Below, piece after piece: positions 1 through 25,262 of a DNA stretch of 64,000 bases. Every line of letters begins with the position of its first letter. Within the stretch, counting starts at the first letter, position 1. The notes below the pieces were generated by a model. The model made no database searches, was not told where the DNA came from, and worked only from the letters and a program-made list of their open reading frames with translations. Origin of the DNA: Hormiphora californensis (Eukaryota; Animalia; Ctenophora); the NCBI GenBank assembly GCA_020137815.1, contig CM035358.1, positions 7,626,001-7,690,000 on the forward strand, given 5' to 3'. Both the position numbers and the translations under genes were made by a program.

Positions 1-2225
1 TCAGCCAAGTCTTCCTAGGTCGTCCTCTAGATCTCTTCCCATGTCTAGGGACCCAGTTCATGAAGATCTTCGGGATCCGATGTTCTGGCATCCTGGACAC
101 ATGACCAAACCATCGTAGCCGGTTCGAGGAGATGTATCCCTGCACTGTACTGATTCCCGCTCTCTTCAAGACCTTAACATTGCTCACTTTGTTGTACCAC
201 CTGATTTTAAGGATACGGCGGAGACAGGTCTGGTGGAAAACCTCCAAACGGTGCATCTGTGCCTTGGTAGTGTTCCAGGTCTCACTCCCATACAGTAGGA
301 TGGTCAGGATCGCAGCCTCATAAATACGAATTTTTGTTCGCTCCAGGATGTTACGATTGTTCCAGACCTTCCCCAAGCACCGGAATGCACCTGATCCCTT
401 CCCAATTCTAGAAGCAAGTTCGCCATCCAGTTTCCCATCGTAACTTATCTTCGATCCCAGGTAGGTGAAATCTCTGACCTGACTAATTTCTGTGTCCCCT
501 ATGGTAAGACTGACTTCTGGTGGAGGCTGTACACTAGATTTAGCAACAGCCATGGCCTCGGTCTTCCTGGTGTTCACCTTCAGCCCGGCATACTCAGAAA
601 ACTTGCAGATTAAGTCAGTAGATTCCTGCAGCCCCGCCTCTGTGCTATCCATGACCGCCATGTCGTCAGCGTAGTCACAATCAAGTACCGTCTCTACTGA
701 GTCTCCTTCCTGCCTCAGTACTAACCCTCGGGACGGACTTCCATGCGCCTCACTAAGCTCCACGGCCAGGTTCAGGCAGACATTAAACACCACAGGCCCC
801 TGAATGTCACCCTGACCTGTGCCCGATAGAACCTCGAACCACTCCGACAGTCCACCAGCCCACCTAACCGCGCTGACAGTCCCATCAAAGAAGCTCCTGA
901 GGATTCTGATGTATTTATCGGGGAGGCCATAGTACTTGAACGCAGCCCAAATGAACCCTCTGTTAATCGAATCAAAAGCAGCCTTAAAGTCAATAAAATT
1001 GACAAAGAGGGGCAGGTTATACTCTGAAGCCTGGTGGATGGCCATCCTCAGTGAGAAAATCTGATCAATGCAGGATCGGCCCCTCCGAAACCCACACTGG
1101 TTTTCTCGTAGAAGTCTCTCGAGCCCATCCTCCATTCTGCCCAGAAGTACCATTTGAAAGAGCTTAGAGGTGGTGGCTCTAAGGGTAATTCCGCGGTTGT
1201 TTCCACATACCGATGAGTCTCCTTTTTTCGGGAGAACGGTAATAACTCCCTTGAGCCAGTCAGATGGTACCTTCTCAGACTCCCACACCTCTCCAAACAG
1301 TGCCTCCAGTGGTCCCACAAGCACCGCACTACCAAACTTCAGCTCCTCATTTGAAACTCCGTCTAGTCCTGGACACTTGTGGTTCTTGAGACGCTTGAGA
1401 GCGGTGCTGATCTCAGTGATTGTTGGTGCAGCGTCGCTATCTTCAAGCTCCGAAAAACAAGGCCGCCCTGAAAGCTCCCCCAAATCCACCAGATTAACCG
1501 GAGATGCTTGGGGATTCAGAAGCGTCGTAAAGTGTTCCGCCCATCTTCCTCTCTGCTGGTCGACCTCGGAAAGGAGGTTACCCGCATTGTCCCGGACAGC
1601 AACACCCTTCGAATTCGCCTTACCAGCGATCTGTTTGGTAAGCTGCCAAACATCCCTCTGGTTACCACACCTTGCTGCACCTTCCAAATCATCAGCTAGT
1701 TTGTCCGCCCACAACTGCTCGTCCTCCCTACTGCTCCTCTTTGCCACCTTCCTTAACCTGCCGTAATCCTCACTAGCTGTTTCACCCTTCCTCTTAGCTT
1801 CAGCTCTCTGGCTAATAAGATCCTTGGTGGTATCAGACAGATGACACTGCCTCTTCTGGGCTGGTCGTTTCCCCAGAATTTCCAAAGACGTGTCAGTGAT
1901 GGTGTTCCTGAAGAAATCCCACCTAGATTCCAAATCTACTCCATCCTCCAGTTCTTCGAACCGGTTTTTGAGAGCAACCTGGTATTCTACGATCTTACTC
2001 CCATTTCGGAGCTTCTGCAAGTCAGGCACTGCCACCCTTTCACCCTTCCTCCTTCCATTAGCCCTAAGACGAAGCCGAAACCGACCCCCCACAAGATAGT
2101 GGTCTGAGCCAATATCAGCGCCACGATAAGACCGAACATCAAGGAGGGAAGATTTCCACCTAGAGCTCACACAGATATGGTCAATTTGAGTGACGGTCCG
2201 ACCATCCGGTGATTTCCAGGTCCCC
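1..2225 (-). mobile_element. 5'-truncated, frameshifted non-LTR retrotransposon (RTE-clade LINE; end of APE endonuclease plus reverse transcriptase), running off the left edge
   Basis: Minus-strand translation gives the endonuclease tail TWKSPDGRTVTQIDH...GADIGSDH. It also gives RT motifs FIDFKAAFDSINR, QGDIQGP, CDYADD (~660-680) and FTYLGS, and the RTE-type C-terminus ILLYGSETW...RLRWFGHVSRM...GKRSRGRPRKTW. Several frameshifts are present. Confidence 0.92.
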
Positions 2226-2275
2226 TTATGAATATTAAGATGCTCAAAAAGGGAGCCACCAATAACCAGCCCATA

Positions 2276-3329
2276 CAGTTGGAGCCACAGATACTAATTC
2301 ATCCAAAATTCAATAGACAGTTGGAGCCACAGATACTAATTCATCCAAAATTCAATAGACAGTTGGAGCCACAGATACTAATTCATCCAAAATTCAATAG
2401 ACAGTTGGAGCCACAGATACTAATTCATCCAAAATTCAATAGACAGTTGGAGCCACAGATACTAATTCATCCAAAATTCAATAGACAGTTGGAGCCACAG
2501 ATACTAATTCATCCAAAATTCAATAGACAGTTGGAGCCACAGATACTAATTCATCCAAAATTCAATAGACAGTTGGAGCCACAGATACTAATTCATCCAA
2601 AATTCAATAGACAGTTGGAGCCACAGATACTAATTCATCCAAAATTCAATAGACAGTTGGAGCCACAGATACTAATTCATCCAAAATTCAATAGACAGTT
2701 GGAGCCACAGATACTAATTCATCCAAAATTCAATAGACAGTTGGAGCCACAGATACTAATTCATCCAAAATTCAATAGACAGTTGGAGCCACAGATACTA
2801 ATTCATCCAAAATTCAATAGACAGTTGGAGCCACAGATACTAATTCATCCAAAATTCAATAGACAGTTGGAGCCACAGATACTAATTCATCCAAAATTCA
2901 ATAGACAGTTGGAGCCACAGATACTAATTCATCCAAAATTCAATAGACAGTTGGAGCCACAGATACTAATTCATCCAAAATTCAATAGACAGTTGGAGCC
3001 ACAGATACTAATTCATCCAAAATTCAATAGACAGTTGGAGCCACAGATACTAATTCATCCAAAATTCAATAGACAGTTGGAGCCACAGATACTAATTCAT
3101 CCAAAATTCAATAGACAGTTGGAGCCACAGATACTAATTCATCCAAAATTCAATAGACAGTTGGAGCCACAGATACTAATTCATCCAAAATTCAATAGAC
3201 AGTTGGAGCCACAGATACTAATTCATCCAAAATTCAATAGACAGTTGGAGCCACAGATACTAATTCATCCAAAATTCAATAGACAGTTGGAGCCACAGAT
3301 ACTAATTCATCCAAAATTCAATAGACAGT
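2276..3329. repeat. Perfect tandem array, 42-bp unit x25
   Basis: The unit CAGTTGGAGCCACAGATACTAATTCATCCAAAATTCAATAGA repeats with no visible mismatch from 2276 to 3325. Confidence 0.97.
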
Positions 3330-3583
3330 GACCCATGTCTGGTACTAATTCATCCAATCACGCAACAGATGGCGTGATTGGTCCTTCTCGACAAAATTCT
3401 TGGAAACAATATATATATTGTTTCCAAGAATTATATATTGCCAATTCGACCCACAATGACATATTGTATTGTATTGAAGTAGCTCCAGGTGGGGGTAACG
3501 TGGGTCTGAAGTGTTATATTCTTCCCCCTCCCTCTAGCTCTATCTCTTTCTGTCTCTGTCGATATCTCTCTCCCTCTCTCACC

Positions 3584-3662
3584 GTTGGTTACGAAGTTAC
3601 CCCTCCCTTGCCAGCGCTCAAAGGTCGCGAGGCGACCTGAGAGGGGTTATTTCGTAACCAAC
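3584..3662. mobile_element. Small MITE (~79 bp) with ~22-bp TIRs and a 7-8 bp target-site duplication
   Basis: GTTGGTTACGAAGTTACCCCTC...GAGGGGTTATTTCGTAACCAAC, flanked on both sides by TCTCACC. A related terminal fragment lies at ~49986-50005. Confidence 0.75.
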
Positions 3663-3966
3663 TCTCACCTGTCCTCCCCCAGGAGTAGTGGCACACGAGT
3701 TGGCGTAACGTGTAGCAGTCCGGATAATAGGGGCACAGTTAGTAGGACCAGACAATGCAACATTCTGGAGGGCAGTCTGATAGGCACCTATCACACCTTC
3801 AATACCTGGTTTAGAGAAATTGTTAGAATTCCCAGACTTATTTTAGAGAAAGGTTATTGTTTAAGTTTAGTATTCGCAAACATGATGATGGTCTGCGCCT
3901 AAGATGTGGAAAAGAGCGATCCAGTTGCCACATCATCCTGTACTAATGGGTCACCAACAATGATCA

Positions 3967-15697
<11,731 letters not shown>

Positions 15698-16336
15698 TAT
15701 AGCAAGTGTAGCGAAAATTTGTTTTAAAAAAACAACTTTCAAAGTTTTGAAATTTCAAGCTTGTGATCTGAAAAATTTCGAAACTATTTTCATCGCGCGC
15801 CACGCCGCGCGGCATTTGTTTTTTGATAAATTCGCGTTCGTTTATTTTATGCAGCGGTTGCTTCAAGATTTTCGATCGCGATTTCGTTGTGGCGCCAGCC
15901 AAAAAAGTCTCAAATCAAGATTTTTGAGCCGCTGCTTCGTTGATTCGACTGAAAATTTTCAGTGAAAAATAATGTCTTTTTCCCTCACTGCAATGGTCGG
16001 GTACTGCAACTGAAAAGTGCTGTACTCTCTCGAGGACCAAGTCCCGCAAGAAATCATAATAATGTCCACATTACTGTCCATAACCTCTGTTATTTTCTTC
16101 CAGGGGTGTTCTGTCAAATTGGTCACGCACAGCTCCGCGACATGTCGTTCCCAGCGTCGTTCCCGGCGTTGAAAACTAACAATTTATGCTTTTTGGACGC
16201 TGTGCAGTGTGCATCATGCTTGGAGAGACGCATGGGAGAGGTCCGGAGGGGACGGGGCGCTATGCGTGTGGCCAATATGATGGAGCTTTCCTTGTTCGAC
16301 CCTCCCTTTGAACAAAACAGGATAGAGCACAACTGT

Positions 16337-16397
16337 TAGTGTTAACCTGCTGTCCAGTGGAATGATAATAATTCGCCGGGACAGCAGGTTAACACTA
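16337..16397. repeat. Perfect 19-bp inverted repeat in the copine/eIF3i divergent intergenic region
   Basis: TAGTGTTAACCTGCTGTCC ... GGACAGCAGGTTAACACTA. Confidence 0.85.
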
Positions 16398-16611
16398 TCA
16401 GTGGAATGATTCCACTATTCTCACTGTGATAAGAATGGAATGGTATAACTCTTTGAATTTGCCTTTTTTCAGAAATAAATTTTGTAAACAATTAAAAACT
16501 CAATGGACAAATAAGTTAATACATGTACTGTAAAATTGAGAGTTTAATCCACGTCAAACGAACCAGAAACTTTTCATTTATTAGTCCACAGTTACACGCC
16601 ATCTGTTTAGG

Positions 16612-17939
16612 ATGAAGCCTATTCTGCTGCAGGCCCACGAGAGGTCTCTCACGAAGATTCTCTACAACAAGGATGGTGATCTCCTGTTCACAGCCTCCAA
16701 ACACAACCTTCCTAATGTGTGGTGGTCGATAAACGGGGAGCGTCTGGGGACGTACAATGGACACAATGGTGCCATCTGGGATATGGCTGTGACATCGGAC
16801 TCCATGACATTGTGTACAGCAAGTGCAGATCAGTCAGCTATTCTGTGGGACACAGAGACTGGTATGTAGTTGTGATATTTTGTGATTTAAGTTATTTTGC
16901 TAGTGTGGGATTGTGATATTTTATAGGTAATTTTAATAGTCGAATGAAATTTCCCTTAAAATTTCAGGTAAAATCATGCATCAGCTGACAGCTAAGTCCC
17001 CCGTCCGTTCCTGTGGGTTTTCCCTGACGAACAACATTCTGTGTGTTACTACGGACAAAGCCATGAACCAGCCCTGTTTCATCAAATTTTACGATGTTAG
17101 GGATGGTGCACAGGTAAGATCTTTCTGTTATAGCTGTGATAAATTTGTCCAATCTACTCGTAAATCCAAACTCTCCTGCTCCCAATTTCCACTCTAATTC
17201 TCATAATAGACCCTATAACACCACAATAATTCCCTCTTGTTTACAGCTAGAAAACAGTGCTCCGTTCCGTGATATTGAGATGACTGATTCCAAAGTGAAC
17301 CGAATGATCTGGGGAACAGTGGAGGATTATATTATTACCGGTCACGAGAATGGAGAGCTCCGTCAGTATGACTGGAAAACTGGTAAGTGTTTTTATCAAA
17401 ATTACATTTTTTGTTATCCCCATTCCCTTCCCTTCATCATTTATTTATTGTTCCCTTAGGCACTATTTAACTAGTTCAAAATGTTTTGCCCAGGTGAGAA
17501 GATAAAGACGGTACACGAGCATGAGAATCTAATTAAGGATCTCCAGCTATCCAAGGATAGGACGATGCTCGTGACAGCCTCTAAGGATACCACATCCAAA
17601 CTGTTTGATGCCAAGGATTTCAAAGAATTGAAGTCCTTCAAGACAGACAGACCGGTGAACAGTGCAGCTATTTCCCCCCTCAAGCACCACATCCTCCTTG
17701 GTGGAGGTCAGGAGGCCATGGAGGTCACGACATCCCACACTAAGAGCGGGAAATTCGAGGCCCGGTTCTTCCACCTCATATTTGAGGAGGAAATTGGTCG
17801 GGTAAAGGGACATTTCGGTCCCATTAATACCCTCGCCTTCCACCCCAGTGGCAAACAGTATTCCAGTGGAGCTGAGGATGGTTACGTGAGGATACACGAT
17901 TTTGACCAGTCTTACTACGACTTTGAATATGACTTTTAA
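16612..17939 (+). CDS. EIF3I: Eukaryotic translation initiation factor 3 subunit I (WD40)
   Basis: Exons 16612-16861, 16968-17113, 17247-17382 and 17494-17939. [14 protein letters not shown]...[14 protein letters not shown]; [10 protein letters not shown]...[33 protein letters not shown]...EDGYVRIH. Confidence 0.97.
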
Positions 17940-18119
17940 AATATAATTTATTCTGGTTTCATCTTAAACCCCTTTTCGTTTTTTATTTTATCCGATGAAG
18001 TCGTGATTTAGGTAAACAAGGCAACAAATAAACGTCATTTTCGACCAGTAGAATTCTGAAACTGCGGGAAACTAAAACTAACTAAACATCTCTTAAAATA
18101 ATATAGGGAAGGAGAAGCA

Positions 18120-21100
18120 ATGGAGGTCAATGACCAGAACTTGGCAGCTCTGTCCAACTACTTGGAACAGACTCTCAGCCCCGCTCCTGAGACTAGGAAA
18201 GAAGGTACTTCACTATAACCTCTATTTTTCTATGTACATTCCCGATATCGATTTGATGGTGTTAACGATTGGTAATGGTACTTTCACATGTTTTTCTGTT
18301 ATCTAACACTTCTTCTCCAGATCTCTAACCCCTCCCCCAATTTCAGCCGAGAAGTTCCTTGCGACAGTCGAAGTCCAGAGGAACTTTCCCATTCTAATTC
18401 TCAAGCTTATCTCCATGGAAACTGCCTCCATCAGTATCAGGGTCGCTGGTAAGTGTGTCTGTCTGTCTGTATGCCTGTCTGTATGTCTGTCTCTCTTTCT
18501 CTCTCTTCCCTACCTATTGTCAACTCCTATCTAGGTGCCGTCTACTTTAAGAATATGATAAAGCGACTGTGGAAAGTGGATGGACCAGAAGATAAAATAT
18601 CTGCTGAGGATCGGGCTCAAGTTAAGACCCTTATTGTTGATCTCATGCTGAGCAGTCCCGAGCAGGTTCAGAGGCAGGTAAGCAGTTATAAACCTCATTC
18701 CACAATCCGCCCAGAGTTGATTTGTGATTCGAGTCTAGGGAGAGGAGCGTGTAAGATTTTGCCACTGTTGTCCCACTTTGCCGCCGCTTCTTTGGTGGAA
18801 CGCGCATCGTCTCAAATCTTGCGAAAGGAGCGCAACTTTCGCGCGCCCGGACCTCAATCTCTTCAAATCTGACTCCGCCGCCTCCATTCACCACCGGCAG
18901 GCGGAGTTTGGAGTTGCGTGTATTGTTCATTGTTCAAATGTGGTGCAATTTTCACCATGACCCTTCCTCTCTCTCTCTCTAACTCCCTCCCTCTCTTTCA
19001 GTTGAGTGACGCAATAACGATAATCGGAGCCGAAGATTTCCCTGCAAAATGGGAAAACCTGATTGGTGATATGGTTTCTAAATTTGAAACTGGCAACTTC
19101 CATGTTATCAACGGCATATTGCAGACTGCTCACAGTCTGTTCAAACGGTAGGTTAGATCCTTGAATCTTGATCTTCAATAACGGGACTAAAGTTGCAAAA
19201 AAGAATCATTTGGGCTTTTTCAAGTTCAACTTCAAGGAAACTAGAGCTGGCACGTGAACGGATCTCACTCACACATACACTGTCAGGTATCGGTATGAGA
19301 TGCGATCAGACGAGCTGTTTACAGAGATAAAGTTTGTGATTCAGCACTTTGGGGAGCCGCTAACAGTACTGTTTGAGGTAAGCTAGTGGCACTCCTCTTT
19401 TTTTCTAGTGCACGAGGTACTAAAACATATAGAAACCGTGAGAAACCCCCCTCTGGTCGCGTATGCGGACATGGTTCCCGATATTTGTCTAACGAACTCT
19501 ATTCCATCACAGAAACTTCTGGGGCTAGCAGAGCAGCATGCAGCAGATGTTAACGCACTGAAGGTCGTCTTCAACTCTCTCGTTACCATTTCCAAGTGTT
19601 TCTACTCCCTCAACGTTCAGGTGAATAATAACCTATAATATAACCCGCTCCCCATCAACGTTAAATAGTACACCGTGTCCAAACTCAGCTCTAACCAGAA
19701 GAAAGTAGAGAATCTAACTTGAAACCTCCCCTGTTTAGGATTTACCCGAGTTCTTTGAAGACAACATGGCACGATGGTTCCCCCGGTTTCTGCCCATGTT
19801 AAAACTGGAAAACAAACTTCTTCTGACTGATGTACGTGAGTGATTCAAAATGTAGGAAACAAACGCTTAACATATGAAACTCTATTTCCATGATAACCAC
19901 CTGACACTCAAACCGGGTTTATGTTCGCACTGTTTTTGTGATTTCTGGTGAGGGGTTATCTCCACCCCCAGGCTGGGGAGTGGGGTACTGGGGTACACAG
20001 CAAATTCACCGTCCCATTCTCAGGACGCGGAAGAAGTTGGTCTGCTGGAGATGTTGAAGTCCCAGATCTGTGAAAATGTGGCTCTCTACGCTCAGAAGTA
20101 CGATGAAGAGTTCGCTACCTACCTGCCGGGCTTTGTGGAGGCTGTCTGGGAGTTGTTACTGTCTACATCGCAGGAGGTTGGAAATCGTTTTGGAAATTAC
20201 ATTTCATCTGAAACTCACTTCCAGTCCACACAATACATTACTAATACATAACACTTATTTCAGGTGAAATACGACTTGTTGGTGAGCAATGCCATCAAAT
20301 TCCTGACCTCTGTAGCAGAGAGACCCCAGTATGCTGAACTCTTCTCGAACGATGACATTCTAACTAAGATCTGTGAGAAGGTCCTTGTTCCAAACATGAA
20401 ACTACGAGGTAGTTATTATCCCTAGTCATCTACCCTAACTTACATAATATTTTTAAGAACGCTGCTACAACCATGTCTCCCCCTCAGGCCTCAAGCTCCC
20501 CTCCCCGGATCTATAGCTGTCTCCCCTATTCCAATAAAAACCATCTCCCCCATCCGCAGAGTCTGATGTTGAGCTGTTCGAGGACAACCCCTTCCAGTAC
20601 ATCAGAGCTGATGTCGAGGGGTCAGATGCGGAGACACGTCGCCGATCAGCCAGTGACTTTGTCAGGGCCCTTTGTAATGTCAAGGAACAGACTGTCTCAG
20701 GGATATTCTCAGCCTACCTTGGGAATCTGCTTGGGGTGAGTAGTCTAAATTCCAGTTTGGAACTAATATAGTGTGTGATAGTATTTAGGGGATAGGAGAT
20801 CAGTGTTGTGTTGTAAAATCACCGTCATTACTGCACCCCTCCCACCCTTTATTTACTTCCCCCTAGCTTTTTTATTTACCCTCTCCAGCCGCCCTTTATT
20901 TACCACTCTATATTCCAGGGCACTTCTGGAAATAAGTGGATCGACAAAGAGGCTGCTATTTACATTGTAATTTCTCTAGCGGTGAAAACAAAAACAGAAA
21001 AACATGGCGCAACAACTTCCAACAGCTTCATCAATCTGGGTTAGTTGAGGGGTCTCGTTTCCCAATGTATTTACACAATATCATACTTTACTAACCCATC

Positions 21101-23797
21101 AAATTTGCTCATAATTTGTTCTGACTAAATGATCCTTTGTTGTGTCCTAACCCTCCTTACTACCACCTCAGTTGATTTCTACAACACGCAGATCAAGGTG
21201 GATCTGACCTCACCAGAAACCCACCCCATTGTAAAGGCTGCTGCAATCAAGTACATAATGACGTTTAGAATGATGCTACCTCGTGACGTCATTGTGTCGT
21301 CACTACCCATGCTGGTCGGACTTGTCAGCGAGAAATCAATTGTACGTGGTAAACAACTTTTTGGAGGAGGAGAGAATTGAAGTTTTTGTTGTCATTTATC
21401 CGTGTTCACCTTCACAATTTCAGGTGGTCCACAGCTACGCGGCTACTGCAATTGAGAAGATTCTGATTATCAAGATGCCAAATTATGTTTCAATTACCGC
21501 CGCGGAGTTGGCACCAGAGTTCGAGAAACTGCTGACGAACCTGTTCAACTCCTTCAAATACGAGGGTAGTGGAGAAAATGAGGTGAGTGCGGACTCCGCA
21601 CACTGCGGAGTGTACAGATATTAATAACCCCACCCGCCCCTAGTAATCACTAATGTAGTTTCTTCAGGAATAACAGTTTCGGTATATAGCACTGATCTGT
21701 TTTACCCTATTTCTGACACCCTCTCTATTTGCCCTCTAACACCCTCTCTATTTCACAGTACTTGATGAAGCTGGTTATGAGGAGTGTTAGTTTAATGAAG
21801 GCTAACCTACCTGTCCCCATTGTGCAACATCTTACTGGGGTTCTAACAGGTAACGCTAATAGTACAATCCCCTCTTTTCTAATTGGCCCAAAGTAATGGG
21901 ATACAGGTGTCACTAACTCAACTATCAACTAATGTTTTTACTTCCGCAGCCAAGTTGACGGAGATTTGCCGGAATCCCAGTCAACCGCACTTCAACCATT
22001 ACGTGTTTGAGACATTCTCTTGTCTTATCCGAGGCAGCTGTATCGGCAAACCTGAGAACATTACAGGTAAGAGTGAAGGTTCATACTACCCCATAACCCC
22101 CTCACCCTCCGAGCCGGGCTGCTAGGAGTTCGGGGGTTTTGTTAATCATTTTGGGTTTCCTTCAGCTCTATCCCTTGACTTTCCAGATAGCTTGAAACAT
22201 CCCTAACTCTTCATCTCTCTTTATTCCAGGTTTTATGTCCCTAATTCTCCCTTTTTTTCAGGATTTGAGTCAGCCCTGTTCCCAGTGTTCCAAGAAATCC
22301 TTCAAAAAGATGTCACTGAGTTCATTCCCTACGTCTTCCAAGTGTTGTCCCTCATGTTAGAGCTTCAGAACAGGCCCATTCCTGGGCAGTACATGGCCCT
22401 CTTCCCCTTCCTTCTAACCCCTCTTCTGTGGGAGAGACCTGGATCCATACCACCTCTCACCCGCCTCATTCAGGTATGTTGACAGATGGAATTCACTGCA
22501 CTGAATGTGGGGTGGGAAGCTTTGATGGGTTAATTTTAATTTTGATTCTGCACTACTTTGGAAGCAAATTTTATGGCATCAGTTATCACCCCTAGTTCAC
22601 AACAAATTTCTCTCTCTAGGCGTTCATTGAGAAGAATCCAGAGGGTGTGAAGGACAGTATCCAGAGTATTTTGGGAATCTTCCAGAAACTAATAGCATCT
22701 CGATCAAATGATCATTTTGGGTTTTATCTCCTGAACACTATGATAGAGCACCTGGACAAGACCGCATTCACGGCCAGTGTAAAGGGGGTCTTTATGTTAC
22801 TCTTCCAGCGAATGCAGTCAAGTGAGTGAAATAATTGGAACTGTTCCTGGTTTGGGCAGGCCTCCTTGTTTTGTTCAAACTGGAACACGAAAAAGGGGGT
22901 CTAGCTAGGCAAAGGCCTCCATGCCTAGAACTGATCTATATTATAATTGTGGGTACTGGAAATATTAAAATTCCCTGTTTCAGGCAAAACTACAAAGTTC
23001 ATGAGGAGTTTCATTGTCTTCATGAGCCTGTTTGCAGCTCAGGTCGGAGCACAACCTCTAATTGAAACAGTTGATAGTATCCAGGCTGGCCTCTTTGGCA
23101 TGGTCCTCGAGAAGATCTTCATTGCTGAACTACAGAAAGTTACTGGTAAGCTAATATGACGAGACTCAGAGTTGCCCGAATTAGATTCTTTTTACCAAAA
23201 TGTAATTCACTTGCGCCGTTTTGAAATCGTTACAACTAAACCCCTATTCCAGGTGAAACTGATAGGAAGATTGCAGCAGTGGGTGTCATCAAGTTGTTAA
23301 CGGAGGGTCCAGCCATGCTCAATGATAACTATGTAAAGTGGTGGGCACCCCTTCTAACCGCTCTCATCCACATGTTTGAAGAGAGCGCTGATACATCAGT
23401 TCCTGCGGTAAGTTAAACCTCGTAGTTTAGCTAAAGTTTTAAGAGTACAGGGTGGTCTATAAATTATGGACCACCTCCCCCTTATAAGGAGAATATAAAT
23501 ATTCTTGATCTATTCCTAATATATTTCACCCTCCAGGACGAACACTTCATCGAGATAGAAGATACTCCCGGCTACTCGACAGCCTTCAACCAGCTTGTCT
23601 TCGCCACCAAGAAACCAACGGATCCCTTTGGAGCAAGTGTGGCGAATCCCCGACAACTACTCGCTGAGAGCCTCCAGAAATTGAGTGTCCGATATCCTGG
23701 CAAGTTGACACCTCTTATTCAGCAGGGTGTTACCGGACCTGCCCTCGGGAAGATCCAGGAGTACCTCAGTGCGGCCAACATTGCATCCTTGAGCTGA
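18120..23797 (+). CDS. CSE1L: Exportin-2 / CSE1-like (about 20 short exons)
   Basis: MEVNDQNLAALSNYLEQTLSP; GAVYFKN; QLSDAITIIGAEDFPAKW; DLPEFFEDNM; LYAQKYDEEF; EGSDAETRRRSA; NPSQPHFNHYVFE; DVTEFIPYVFQ; EDTPGYSTAFNQL; stop TGA at 23795-23797. Confidence 0.96.
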
Positions 23798-23910
23798 ACC
23801 GTGAGACAATATAACTATCACGTCACGGTGTAGTGTTTTATCCGAATTTTTAACGTTTTTAGAGCCCCAAAATTCCACCCTTCCCTCCCTCAAAGAATAA
23901 GTGTGGACCA

Positions 23911-24012
23911 TGGACTACTTAACATTCCTGTCTGGCGGCGCCAGACCCCAATTTGATTCACGACAGTGTGCTCAGATGGGTCGCGGCGCCAGACAGTAAC
24001 ATTCTAAGTCCA
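23911..24012. mobile_element. Short foldback/MITE-like element; a related inverted copy lies at ~59310-59382
   Basis: Imperfect terminal inverted repeats (TGGACT...CTGTCTGGCG / CGCCAGACAG...AGTCCA). The reverse complement of the core resembles 59313-59380. Confidence 0.55.
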
Positions 24013-24175
24013 TCATGTTATATCTTTAGTCTAACGTAGTAAAACAGAAAGCACATCTCTTTTTATTAATTTATACGTTTTGAATTTCAGTAAGTATTTG
24101 ACACTGCTAAGTAAAGTGTGAAAAATGTTTCGAGCCCAGCGAATAATGGTAAAATCCCAATCATCACAACTTCTT

Positions 24176-25262
24176 CTAGCAGGCCATTTGTACAGGTCTT
24201 GGCGATCTCAGCGAACTGTCCAACATTTCATATCGCTCTGTCTCTCCCAACCACATGGGCTGCTCTGTGAAACTCTCATACTCTGGTATAATTGTCGTCG
24301 AGCTGTATCCTGCCATGGCGCCCAGGAGCACATTTATCATACTCGCACTGAGATCGAGAACAGAGAACCGCCGTTGTGATGTTACCTCCACCTTGGCATG
24401 CTCGATACTATTGTCACAGATGGATACCACAAAGTCTGATATAACGGGCAGCACTTCTTCCTTAGTAGAGGTGGTCGAGAATTGGGACATTTTCCGTTTT
24501 ACATTCCGTTTAATTTCACCGAGTTCTTGGGTAACTTGAGTAGCCTCTTCTGGCAGGTCGACAAGTGATTCCGTGAGAACAATGGCGGGTACTTCCTCCT
24601 CTTTTTTGGTGGATGGTGTTTTGGTTGTGGATTGTGCAATGTGGATATCCAGATATTGATAGGTTTGGCCACTGAAACAAAGATGGTGTTAGTGAAATGA
24701 AATGTGTCACATGATATAAATTAGTATTGATATGATGGTCTACATACTCTGTTCGAGTGACGGTGATTGATGGTGGTATGTAGTGCACAGGAACGTGGTA
24801 TAGTTGACGGTTCACTTTCGATGGATTAGCCACGAACCTTTTTATCGGTTCTGGTGATGGTCTCATGAGCGTGGCTTCCGGTTGTCTCAGCTCCTCTGGA
24901 ACTATGCAAGTGAATTCTTCTTCGCTGAGCGACGCCAGAGTGGAGCGATCATCGTAGTAAATTGAAACCGTTTCAGAATCATCATCTGTATATTTGGGTT
25001 CAGTGTGAGCAAATTGGTGATAATGATTATGAAGATTTATAATAATTAATGACTAAAAGTCTATAATTTAAAAACCTAGGTTTACTATCAATGACTTACA
25101 TGATATAACATCGTAGTTCAAGTTATCTGTGCATTCAATTGTGGCATATTTTGTGGCTCTCACAGGAAGGACTGTCGCCCGCACGGTTTCAGAAACTGTT
25201 CTTGCAACATCGTAGGCTGAGTTTCGGGCCATTGCCGATGCTGAACTGCATCCACAACCCAT
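24176..25262 (-). CDS. Unrecognised ~298-aa protein with an N-terminal MGCGCS acylation motif
   Basis: Exons 25262-25100, 24985-24748 and 24671-24176 join with consistent phases (1, 2) into one open 897-nt CDS. I recognise no domain. Confidence 0.7.

Noticed and set aside
2228-3331. 367-aa ORF of QLEPQILIHPKFNR repeats, or a CRISPR-like array
   Set aside because: The ORF is a by-product of a stop-free 42-bp unit with no synonymous variation. There are no spacers, so it is not CRISPR.
19838-19910. C/D snoRNA in a CSE1L intron (GAGTG...CTGA-CACTC)
   Set aside because: The C box is poor (TGATTC) and I recognise no rRNA guide sequence.
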